Below the pieces are notes generated by a model, which worked only from the letters and a program-made list of their open reading frames with translations, searched no databases and was not told the DNA's origin. A DNA stretch of 64,000 nt from Eledone cirrhosa (lineage: Eukaryota): contig OZ024761.1 of the NCBI GenBank assembly GCA_964016885.1, positions 7,750,001 to 7,814,000 of the forward strand, given 5' to 3'. A program made the translations under genes and the position numbers. Shown piece after piece: positions 10,325 to 20,130 of this stretch. The stretch's first letter is position 1. Each line of letters begins with the position of its first letter.

Positions 10325-10326
10325 CT

Positions 10327-10438
10327 ACACACACACACACACATACATATATACACATACATACACTCACATACATACACACATATATATACACACACAT
10401 ACACTCACATACATACACACATATCTATACATACACAC

Positions 10439-10473
<35 letters not shown>

Positions 10474-10895
10474 TACATATATACACATACATACACTCAC
10501 ATACATACACACACATACACTCACATACACACACTCACACATACATACTCACACACACACACATACATACACTCACACACACATACATATATACACACAC
10601 ACTCACACACATACACACATATATGTATACACACACTCACACATACACACTCACACACATATATACACTCACATACATACACACTTACACACATATACAT
10701 ACAAAATATTGTTATAGGTAATCCAGTTAATACTCACACACACACCCATACATACACTCACACATACATATATACACACACACACTCACACACATACACA
10801 CATATGTATACACACACTCACACATACACACTCACACATATATATACACTCACATACATACACACTTACACACACATACACACATATACATACAA
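10327..10895. repeat. (CA/TA)n microsatellite abutting the exon acceptor
   Basis: Low-complexity sequence, with an internal duplication of tacaaaatat...ttataggtaatccagtta at about 10700 and 10891. Confidence 0.9.
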
Positions 10896-11049
10896 AATAT
10901 CGTTATAGGTAATCCAGTTAGAGGTTGTGAATACTTCGTATTGTGGATAGTTTTAGCGTACTGCGTTGTTTGACTCAACAAAAGGTTTCCCTAGGTGGAG
11001 AGTTTATGAGTTCTCTTGCATTACTATGTAAGTTTATCTTGGAGTAATA

Positions 11050-11190
11050 ATATTGAAAGAGTGGAGAATAACATGGTCAACAGTACAAAAAAGGGTTTTA
11101 TTTACAGTCTAACAATCAATGAAACAATTGTTAAGACTGTAAATAAAACCCTTTTTTGTACTGTTGACCATGTTATTTTTCACTCCTTCA

Positions 11191-11194
<4 letters not shown>
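11050..11194. repeat. Inverted repeat with about 66-bp arms and a 10-nt loop
   Basis: aataacatggtcaacagtacaaaaagggttttatttacagtct pairs with agactgtaaataaaaccctttttgtactgttgaccatgttatt. Confidence 0.85.
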
Positions 11195-11221
<27 letters not shown>

Positions 11222-11335
11222 TAAGAGGAATTCCAACTTTGTCTGATTTACTCGTTTTATTTACAATCCTTTAAAATATATATAATGGTATTATAATGAA
11301 ATAGTATGATAGAATATTAAATTCTAAGTGTTAAT

Positions 11336-11374
11336 TGAACAAGTACTTTCATGCTTTCGCAATCTTCAGGTTCA
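11336..11374 (-). ncRNA. Minimal hammerhead ribozyme motif (mirror copy)
   Basis: Exact reverse complement of 11448-11486. Confidence 0.78.
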
Positions 11375-11447
11375 TAATATGTGGTGACAGTCAAGTTTGC
11401 AATTTTCAACTGTTGAAAATTGCAAACTTGACTGTCACCACATATTA

Positions 11448-11486
11448 TGAACCTGAAGATTGCGAAAGCATGAAAGTACTTGTTCA
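11448..11486 (+). ncRNA. Minimal hammerhead ribozyme motif
   Basis: tgaac-CTGAAGA-t-tgc-gaaa-gca-t-GAAA-gtac-T-T-gttca. Stem I is 5 bp, stem II is capped by a GNRA loop, and stem III is the palindrome AGTACT. Confidence 0.78.
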
Positions 11487-11648
11487 ATTAACACTTAGAA
11501 TTTAATATTCTATCATACTATTTCATTATAATACCATTATACATTTTAAAGGATTGTAAATAAAACAAGTAAATCAGACAAAGTTGGAATTCCTCTTATT
11601 AATATAATCTTCTATACACAATCATACACACCCGTGTATATTTACCTA

Positions 11649-11683
<35 letters not shown>

Positions 11684-11699
11684 GACATGTCGATATGTA

Positions 11700-14131
11700 A
11701 CACAAACTTAAAAAAACCCAACAACCATCTGATCACCTATTGATCAGGGGAGCATTCTAGTCAGATAGATTTTATCCTCATCAGAGGGCATGATAGATGG
11801 ATGGTCGTAAACACAAAAGCCTTCCCTGGTGAGGAATGTACCTCCCGACATAACTTAGTTGTCAGCGACCTCATTGTCAAAACTAGACGAACTTGGAAAC
11901 AGAAAGCAACCTGGAGAAGAAAGATCTGGAAGCTGAAAGACCCCTCAGCCAGTAACAGATTTAAAGATATTTTACTCGATGCCTATGACAGTAAAGAAGA
12001 ACAGATAGAGGCATCCAATGTAGAAGAGTACTGGGAGTTCCTAAAAAATAACTTACTAAAGGCAATGGACGAAATCAGTGTATCTGGAATGATAAAGGTG
12101 AGCTTGCCCTCACAAGTGCTGAGAAGAAAGATGCATGGAAGAGCGATTATGAAAGATTACTAAACGAGGAGAATGCATGGGAAAAAGAGACCCTACCCCA
12201 AGTGGACCCTATAGAGGAGCCAGCAGTAGAAGTCAGCAGCAGCATAGTAAGTAAGGCAATCAAAGATATGAAGACGGGGAAGGCAACCAGTCTATCGGGT
12301 ATAGCTGCCGAGATGCTGAAGGCATCTGGGTCTGTAGGTCACACTATAACCACACGTATTCTTAACCAGGTAGTACTAGAGGGTGTCATACCAAAGGATT
12401 GGTGCAGCAGCATCATTGTCAACTGCTACAAAGGTAAAGGTGATGCACTAGATAGAGTAAACTATAGAGGAATAAAGCTGATGGACCAGGTCATGAAAGT
12501 AATAGAAAGAGTTAAAGCATAGCTGATTAGGGACCGGGTGAAACTAGATGAGATGTAATTTGGGTTTGTGTCAGGAAAAGGCAATAATGATGCCCTCTTC
12601 CTTGTTAGGCAGTTACAGGAAAAGTACCTAGCTAAAAGTAAGTCGCTCTACCTGGGATTTGTCGATCTGAAAATAGCCTTCGACAGAGCTCTCCGTGCTA
12701 TAATCTGGTGGGCTTTTAGAAAACTAGGAGAAGCAAAGTTAGGGTTAGCAATGACTATAGCGAGGAATTTAGCATACAGGTCCGTGTCCACCAGGGCTCT
12801 GTTCTTAGCCCTCTCCTGTTCATTATAGTTTTGCAGGCAATAACGGAGGAGTTTAAGACCGGATAGGAACTCCTGTATGAGTTTAAGACCATGGGAACTC
12901 CTGTATGCGGATGACCTAGCACTTATATCTGAATCTATGGTAGAACTAGAGAAGAAATTCCAAACATGGAAGCAGGGACTAGAAAGAAAGGATCTCAAAG
13001 TCAACCTGACAAAGACGAAGATCCTTGTAAGTAGATGAGAAAACAGAACCCAGATCCCCTCAGGGAAATGGCTTTGCTCAGTATGTAGGAAAGGTGTAGG
13101 TAGGAACTCCATCCTCTGCCCCAAATGCAAACAATGAGTACACAAGAGATGTAGTGGGATCTCAGGAAGCTTAACTAAGAATGTAGGCTTAAAATGTAGC
13201 AGCTGCGCTGGGACAGCAAGCAGCATACGGCCACAGGAAACAAGCACCACCAAACTCTAGGAGGGCTCTGTAGAAACAGTAGACAGCTTCTGCTACCTAG
13301 GTGACTGAATTAACAGTGGAGGTGGGTGTTCAGAAAGTACAATAACTAGGGTAAGAACAGGATAGAAGAAGTTCAGGGAACTACTGCCACTGCTAGCTGC
13401 AAAAGGCTTTTCCCTCAAAATGAAAGGCAGACTGTATGATGTGTATATACGAACAGCAATGTTACATGGTAATGGGACCTGGGCGCTGTCTATAGAAGAC
13501 TTGCGTAGATTAGAAAGAAACGAAGCCTGCATGCTGCGATGGATGTGTAGCAGTAATATACGCAAACGACAAAGCATAAATGAATTGAGAGAGAGACTGA
13601 GCATAAGAGGAATCAAATGCTGTGTGCAGGATAGGTGGTTGTGTTGGTATGGACATGTGATGCGTATGAAGGATGACAGCTGCATAAAAAGGTGCAGAGC
13701 ACTAGAAGTCGATGGAAGCCGCGGAGTGGGGAGACCCAAGAAGGCCTGGGATGAGATGATAAAAGCCGACCTCACACAAAAACACCTCTCAAAGGCGATG
13801 ACACACGACCGTGACCTCTGGCGACACACAGTAATACGGAAGACCCGACACCTTCACGAATACAAGCCGAAGCTGAAGCATATAGACAATATGCCCCCAC
13901 ACCCTCCCACTGCAAAGTGGACGTGTAGGCGCCATGGAAAAAAGCACCCAGCCCTCACTGTAAATGAGGTTGGTGTTAGGAAGGGCACCCAGCTGTAGAA
14001 ATTAAGCCAGAATCAGTTCCCGTATGAGCAAGACAAGGTCACCTGACCAGACACTGCCCACAACAGGACAACCCGTCTAACCCATGCTAGCATGGAAGAA
14101 TCGATGTAAAACGGTGATGATGATGGTGATG
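11700..14131 (+). mobile_element. 5'-truncated, decayed RTE-clade LINE
   Basis: It contains the endonuclease end SQIDFIL...SRHNLVVSD and RT motifs YKGKGDALDRVNYRGIKL, FVDLKIAFDR and LYADDL (12901-12918), then WYGHVMR...GRPKKAW. There are many stops, frameshifts and internal deletions. It ends in tail type B and (GAT)n. Confidence 0.93.
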
Positions 14132-14238
14132 ATATATATAAGGAGAGAAAAGGGGATAGAGAGTGGGAGAAAATAAATAAATAAACCATTGGAAAGAAAA
14201 CAAGTGGTGAACCTAGAAAACTGTAGATAAACACTTAC

Positions 14239-14297
14239 ATTATGAAGGATACCAGTGATTATTCCTTGGGTTTCTTGTTGGCAGTGATCCTTTGGTC
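14239..14297 (-). other. Candidate 5' UTR exon of the kinesin gene, supplying the AT of a split ATG
   Basis: It has a poly-T tract with a caaag| acceptor and a strong CATAAT|gtaagt donor. Splicing to exon 10324 gives ATA AT|G AAG, with an in-frame TAA six codons upstream. Confidence 0.55.
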
Positions 14298-14376
14298 CTT
14301 TGATTGCAGCAAAAGGAAAAAAAAAAAAAAAAGGTGAACAAAAAAAACCCCCAGATAATATTCTTTTGTTCCTTAA

Positions 14377-15810
14377 CCCTTTAGCATTTAAACCGGCTGT
14401 ATTTAGCCAGAATTCTCTCATCTCCCTCTGTTCAAACTGGCTATAACTGGCCCCTCATATTTATGTTAAGGTATTGTTCTCAAAATAAATAATATCAAAA
14501 TCTTGTAAATTTGATATTATGTGAGATAAAGTCTTTACTGTGAAAATACAATAGTATATATAGAGTAATGTAAATGTTATGTGCGATATTATGTGAGATA
14601 AAGTCTTTACTGTGAAAATACAATAGTATATATAGAGTAATGTAAATGTTATCTGAGATATTATGTGAGGTAAAGCCTTTACAGTGAAAATACAATAGTA
14701 TATATAGAGTAATGTAAATGTTATGTGAGATATTATGTGAGGTAAAGCCTTTACAGTGAAAATACAATAGTATATATAGAGTAATGTAAATGTTATGTGA
14801 GATATTATGTGAGGTAAAGCCTTTACAGTGAAAATACAATAGTATATATAGAGTAATGTAAATGCTATGTGAGATATTATGTGAGATAAAGTCTTTACTG
14901 TGAAAATATAATAGTATATATAGAGTAATGTAAATGTTATGTGAGATATTATGTGAGATAAAGTCTTTACTGTGAAAATACAATAGTATATATAGAGTAA
15001 TGTAAATGTTATGTGAGATATTATGTGAGGTAAAGCCTTTACAGTGAAAATACAATAGTATATATAGAGTAATGTAAATGTTATCTGAGATATTATGTGA
15101 GGTAAAGCCTTTACAGTGAAAATACAATAGTATATATAGAGTAATGTAAATGTTATGTGAGATATTATGTGAGGTAAAGCCTTTACAGTTAAAATACAAT
15201 AGTATATATAGAGTAATGTAAATGTTATGTGAGATATTATGTGAGGTAAAGCCTTTACAGTGAAAATACAATAGTATATATAGAGTAATGTAAATGCTAT
15301 GTGAGATATTATGTGAGATAAAGTCTTTACTGTGAAAATATAATAGTATATATAGAGTAATGTAAATGTTATGTGAGATATTATGTGAGATAAAGTCTTT
15401 ACTGTGAAAATACAATAGTATATATAGAGTAATGTAAATGTTATGTGAGATATTATGTGAGATAAAGTCTTTACTGTGAAAATATAATAGTATATATAGA
15501 GTAATGTAAATGTTATGTGAGATATTATGTGAGGTAAAGCCTTTACAGTGAAAATACAATAGTATATATAGAGTAATGTAAATGCTATGTGAGATATTAT
15601 GTGAGGTAAAGCCTTTACTGTGAAAATACAATAGTGTATATATAGAGTAATGTAAATGCTATGTGAGATATTATGTGAGGTAAAGACTTTACTGTGAAAA
15701 TACAATAGTATATATAGAATAATGTAAATGTTATGTGAGATATTATGTGAGGTAAAGCCTTTACTGTGAAAATACAATAGTATATATAGAGTAATGTAAA
15801 TGCTAAAGGG
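14377..15810. mobile_element. piggyBac-type MITE containing a 72-bp x about 18 tandem array (about 14512-15805)
   Basis: TTAA-ccctttagcattta...taaatgctaaaggg-TTAA gives perfect 14-bp TIRs and a TTAA TSD. The unit period is 72 (14521, 14593). Confidence 0.9.
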
Positions 15811-16136
15811 TTAAAGAACAATATCAAGTGTCCATGATGTTGGAGAGAAGAATTCCTTGTGTTAAAAGGAATGGTGAAAACCTGACAAATGCATGAAAAT
15901 AAGGGACCAGGTTTTATATGGTTGTGTAAATGCATGTAGTATACATATTATGCCACCCCGTATAGGTGAAAATCGAGGACTATTCCAGCAAACCCTATTG
16001 CATGTGTCTCATCACAATATTCTCTGGTTCTTTTTTTTTTAAATAATATTTTTTTACATAAACATTTTATATAAAATTCATTCGTTTGAAATAAAATATT
16101 TACTTTCAATGAAAACACCCCAAAAAACAAATTAAA

Positions 16137-16138
<2 letters not shown>

Positions 16139-16200
<62 letters not shown>

Positions 16201-16360
16201 TTGGACTACCTTTTATTTTCTGTGTCTATCTTTTGTGATCCTGTCTCTTTTTTGTACTCCTGAAGAAGGGCTAACACCAGACACGTCCAACTTTCTTTCC
16301 CCTTTTCCATATAAAGCGTGAAACTAATAAGACTTTGTGTACCTGTTTTGTATTTCCTTG

Positions 16361-16430
<70 letters not shown>

Positions 16431-17690
16431 TTACTTAAATAAAAGCATATGTATTCATTTTTAGAGCCCTTAACTAAATTTGTTAGGGTGTAGTTTCAAC
16501 ATTCTTATTCCCCTTTCTTCTCTACCTCTTGGTACAACCTGTAGTAGTGATATAAGTAAACTAATAATTGTAAAATGTTGTTTGTGACTGAGAGAGAGGG
16601 AGAGAGAGAGAGGGGGAGAGGGAGGGAAGAAGGGTGGGAGGGAGGGCGAGAGAGATAGAGAGGGAGAGAGACATAGAGAGACTAATATAGAGAGGGGGGA
16701 GGGAGGGAAGGAGGGCGTTAGTGAGAGAGAGAGGGAGGGAAGGAGGGAGAGAGAGAGAGAGAAGGAGGGTGAGAGAGAGAGATTGTTTACGAATCTAGCA
16801 TAAATAAGTAAATTAGTTTATGTATATATATGTATGTATATGTATGTATATGTACCTATATATGTACCTATATATGTATGTATATGTACCTATATATGTA
16901 TGTATATGTACCTATATATGTATGTATATGTACCTATATATGTATGTATATGTATGTATATGTACCTATATATGTATGTATATGTATGTATATGTACCTA
17001 TATATGTATGTATATGTACCTATATATGTATGTATATGTACCTATATATGTATGTATATGTACCTATATATGTATGTATATGTACCTATATATGTATGTA
17101 TATGTACCTATATATGTATGTATATGTACCTATATATGTATGTATATGTATGTATATGTACCTATATATGTATGTATATGTACCTATATATGTATATATA
17201 TGTATGTATATGTACCTATATATGTATGTATATGTATGTATATGTACCTATATATGTATGTATATGTACCTATATATGTATATGTACCTATATATATATG
17301 TATATGTACCTATATATGTATATATGTATATGTACCTATATATGTATATATGTATATGTATATATATATATGTATATGTACCTATATATGTACCTATATA
17401 TGTATATGTACCTATATATGTATGTATATATATATGTTCAGCCCATCGGTAGGGGTTCTCCTACATTGATATAAAGTAGTGGCCGTACTCGAAAACGAGT
17501 TGGCAGCCACCATATGTGTGTATATATATATATATATACATATGGGTGTGTTTATATATATATATATACATATGGGTGTGTTTATATATATATATACATT
17601 GGGTGTGTTTATATATATATATATATACATATGGGTGTGTTTATATATATATATATACATTGGGTGTGTTTATATATATATATATATAGC
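16139..17690. repeat. Micro- and minisatellite cluster: (TA)n 16139-16198 and 16364-16425, GA-rich 16590-16782, about 20-bp tatatgtatgtatatgtacc 16819-17435, about 30-bp (TA)n-catatgggtgtgtt 17511-17690
   Basis: Direct reading of the sequence. Confidence 0.9.
16260..16290 (+). ncRNA. Degenerate hammerhead/Penelope terminal motif between (TA)n tracts
   Basis: CTGAAGAAGGGCTAACACCAGACACGTC resembles CTGAAGAAGGGnnnnnCCCGAAACGTC. Its downstream aagcgtgaaactaataa recurs at about 19455. Confidence 0.4.
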
Positions 17691-17804
17691 ATTTATGGAC
17701 AGAATTTGTGTACGAGGGTGTACATGTGTGTGTGTGTGTGCGTGCTATTGTGTGTGTATGTGTCAATGTTTCTATGTGTGTACAAGTGTTTGTATGTGTA
17801 TGTT

Positions 17805-18121
17805 TGTGCTAGTGTGTGCTAGTGTGTGTGCTAGTGTGTGTGCTAACGTGTGTGTGCTAGTGTGTGTGTGCCAGTGTGTGTGCTAGTGTGTGTGTGTCAG
17901 TGTGTGTGTGTGTGCTAGTGTGTGTGTGAGTGCTAGTGTGCGTGTGTGTGCCAGTGTGTGTGTGCTAGTGGGTGTGCTAGTGCTAGTGTGTGTGTGAGTG
18001 CTAGTGTGTGTGTGTGTGCCAGTGTGTGTGTGAGTGCTAGTGTGTGTGTGCTTGTGTGTGTGTGCCAGTGTGTGTGTGAGTGCTAGTGAGTGTGTGTGTG
18101 TGTGTGCCAGTGTGTGTATGC
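17805..18121. repeat. Irregular GCYAG(TG)n satellite, same family as the large array
   Basis: gctagtgtgtgt and gccagtgtgtgt units with variable TG number. Confidence 0.88.
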
Positions 18122-18455
18122 CAAACCCGTAGCCAGGTTTTCTGCCAGGTAATGCCATTTGAATATATGTTAAAAAATGGGGATGCCAAAACAAAATAAA
18201 GAAACATTGTTCAGTAAAATATATATATTATTCCAAACAAAGTCACATTATACAATGAAATGTCAAAAACAATAGTTTTCCTGGTTTCTTTAACCACTCT
18301 TTTGCAAGGTCTTCAAATTTAATTTTTTCACATTCATCTTTTTCGAAAAAGATGAATGTCAAATTGCATTCTGTGTCAGGTGACTTCTTCTTTGTGGTGA
18401 GTCTATGTGAGCCATAGCAGACAACAGGCATTCAACTGACGAACTATAGCCACAT

Positions 18456-18794
18456 CATTTTTCATCATTTCATTTTACGTCCACTTTTCCCTGTTTACAA
18501 GGGTGGGACGGGAACTGATTCTGGCTTGATTTCTACAGCTGGATGCCCTTCCTAACACCAACCTCATTTACAGTGAGTGCTGGGTGCTTTTTTGCCGTGG
18601 CACCTCCACGACCACATTGCAGTGGAATGATAGGGACCCTCAGTCCCTATCATCTCATTTCTACAGCTGAGTAAACTGGAGCAATGTGAAATAAAGTGTC
18701 TTGCTCAAGGAAACAACACATCACCCGGTCTGAGAATTGAACTCACAACCTTTCGATTGCAAGGCCAATGCTCTAACCACTAAGCCATGTGCCT
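18456..18794 (-). mobile_element. Full-length SINE family 1 (tail A) inserted in the transposase
   Basis: It has an A-box TGGCTTAGTGG and a B-box GAGTTCAATTC. ccacat is duplicated at 18450-18455 and 18795-18800. Confidence 0.9.
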
Positions 18795-18849
18795 CCACAT
18801 GTTAATACAATTCTGTATAGCATTATTATTGCAGAGGTCTTATTGCACA

Positions 18850-19015
18850 GGTGGTGGATTGGCAGTATCGGTAGAGGGTCGGACGCCATGCTTCGACCAT
18901 TGTGAGTTCAAATCCCGCCGAGGTTAACTTTTGCCTTTCATCCTTACAGGGTCGATAAAATAAAGTACCAGTAATGTACTGGGGTAATTGCTGGCCTTGT
19001 GCCAAAAGTAAAACA
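18850..19015 (+). mobile_element. SINE family 2 inserted in the transposase
   Basis: Flanked by the 16-bp duplication attattattgcagagg (18822-18837 and 19016-19031). Confidence 0.88.
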
Positions 19016-19151
19016 ATTATTATTGCAGAGGCCGTTGATTGATATTTTGTATGTAATAATTTATATATATCTTGAATATCTATTGTTTCAGTATTACATC
19101 GTTTACCAAAATAGTTTTTTACAAGACTTATATGGACACTACATTGAGCTT

Positions 19152-19762
19152 ATATACGATATTAAACAAATGGAAACTATATTTCCATATTTATTTCATT
19201 ATACATATTTCAGGGATCTGACGAAGGCATGCCATATTTTTAATATGGTATCCCTGTAATATGTATAATGAAATAAATATGGTTTTATAAATATAGTTTC
19301 CATTTGTTTAATATCATATATCTACTCCAAAAACTTGTCGAGTGCTTTATATCGGTTATAAAATATTTACTTGTTGTAACCCAACAACTTTAAATAAAAC
19401 TTTTGCATATACATATATATATATATATGTATATGTGTGTGTGTGTGTGTAAAAAGCGTGAACCTAATAAATTCTTATTTGTACTGCCTCTCTGTTTTTG
19501 TTCCCGTCTAAGTTTTAACTATATATATATATATATATAAGATATTAATAAATGGAAACTATATTTATAAAACCATATTTATTTCATTATACATATTTCA
19601 GGGATACCAAATTAAATTATGGTATGCCTTCATCAGACAAAATACAATATATAACAGTTTTACAAATAAGCTTTGACATACCCTATTAAAATGCAACCAT
19701 TGTTTTTGGAAGTCATCCGGATAGTATATATATATATATATATATACACACACGCACACACA
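19152..19762. mobile_element. Cluster of Penelope-like remnants (same family as 1596-2014) inside the transposase
   Basis: It has inverted arms and a mutated core CTGACGA...GTAA at 19218-19259. It is bounded by a 36-bp direct duplication (19116-19151 and 19763-19798). Confidence 0.7.
19580..19644 (-). ncRNA. Minimal hammerhead ribozyme motif
   Basis: tattttgt-CTGATGA-aggcatacca...tggtatccct-GAAA-tatgtat-A-atgaaata. Confidence 0.65.
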
Positions 19763-20130
19763 TTTTTACAAGACTTATATGGACACTACATTGAGCTTTC
19801 AGTAAATCGTTATCAATATTATTATCTTCAATAAATTTTTTCATGATTGGAATCGTTTTTACATAATCGAGTAAAGGTTTCAGAATTGTTGCATCTAAAA
19901 AATTATCAGATTCTAGACGTAATGCATCTATTGATAGCCATGTATTACAATTATATTCATTGAATCAATTGTTAAACAATGAAACCAAAATAGCTTTTAA
20001 TTCTACAACGATTTGACAAATATTTTAGTTTCACATTTACAATACAATTTTAGAAAAAGAATGCAGGTGTTTAATAATAGGTAATTATATAAAATATGTC
20101 CTGTATACATGTGATACCTTATACAAATTT

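Larger units (their letters stand above)
11214..11606. mobile_element. Near-perfect 393-bp palindrome (Penelope-like remnant) centred at 11411
   Basis: The centre is ...ttttcaac-t-gttgaaaa.... The arms are about 196 bp with few mismatches, and each carries a hammerhead. Confidence 0.75.
18243..20025 (-). pseudogene. hAT transposase C-terminal remnant (ZMYM1-like, dimerisation region), split by three insertions
   Basis: With insertions removed it reads LFNN*FNEYNCNTWLSIDALRLESDNFLDATILKPLLDY...KAQCSVHISLVKNYFGK...IYKLLHTKYQSTASAIIMLYRIVLTCGYSSSVECLLSAMAHIDSPQRRS/ECNLTFIFFEKDECEKIKFEDLAKEWLKKP. It carries a stop and a frameshift. Confidence 0.75.

Noticed and set aside
14461-15777. 438-aa and 378-aa hydrophobic repeat ORFs
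   Set aside because: They come from the 72-bp array inside a MITE, which is open in two frames by chance.
18725-18794. tRNA gene
   Set aside because: The A and B boxes belong to a SINE head that continues into the SINE body, and the cloverleaf is incomplete.
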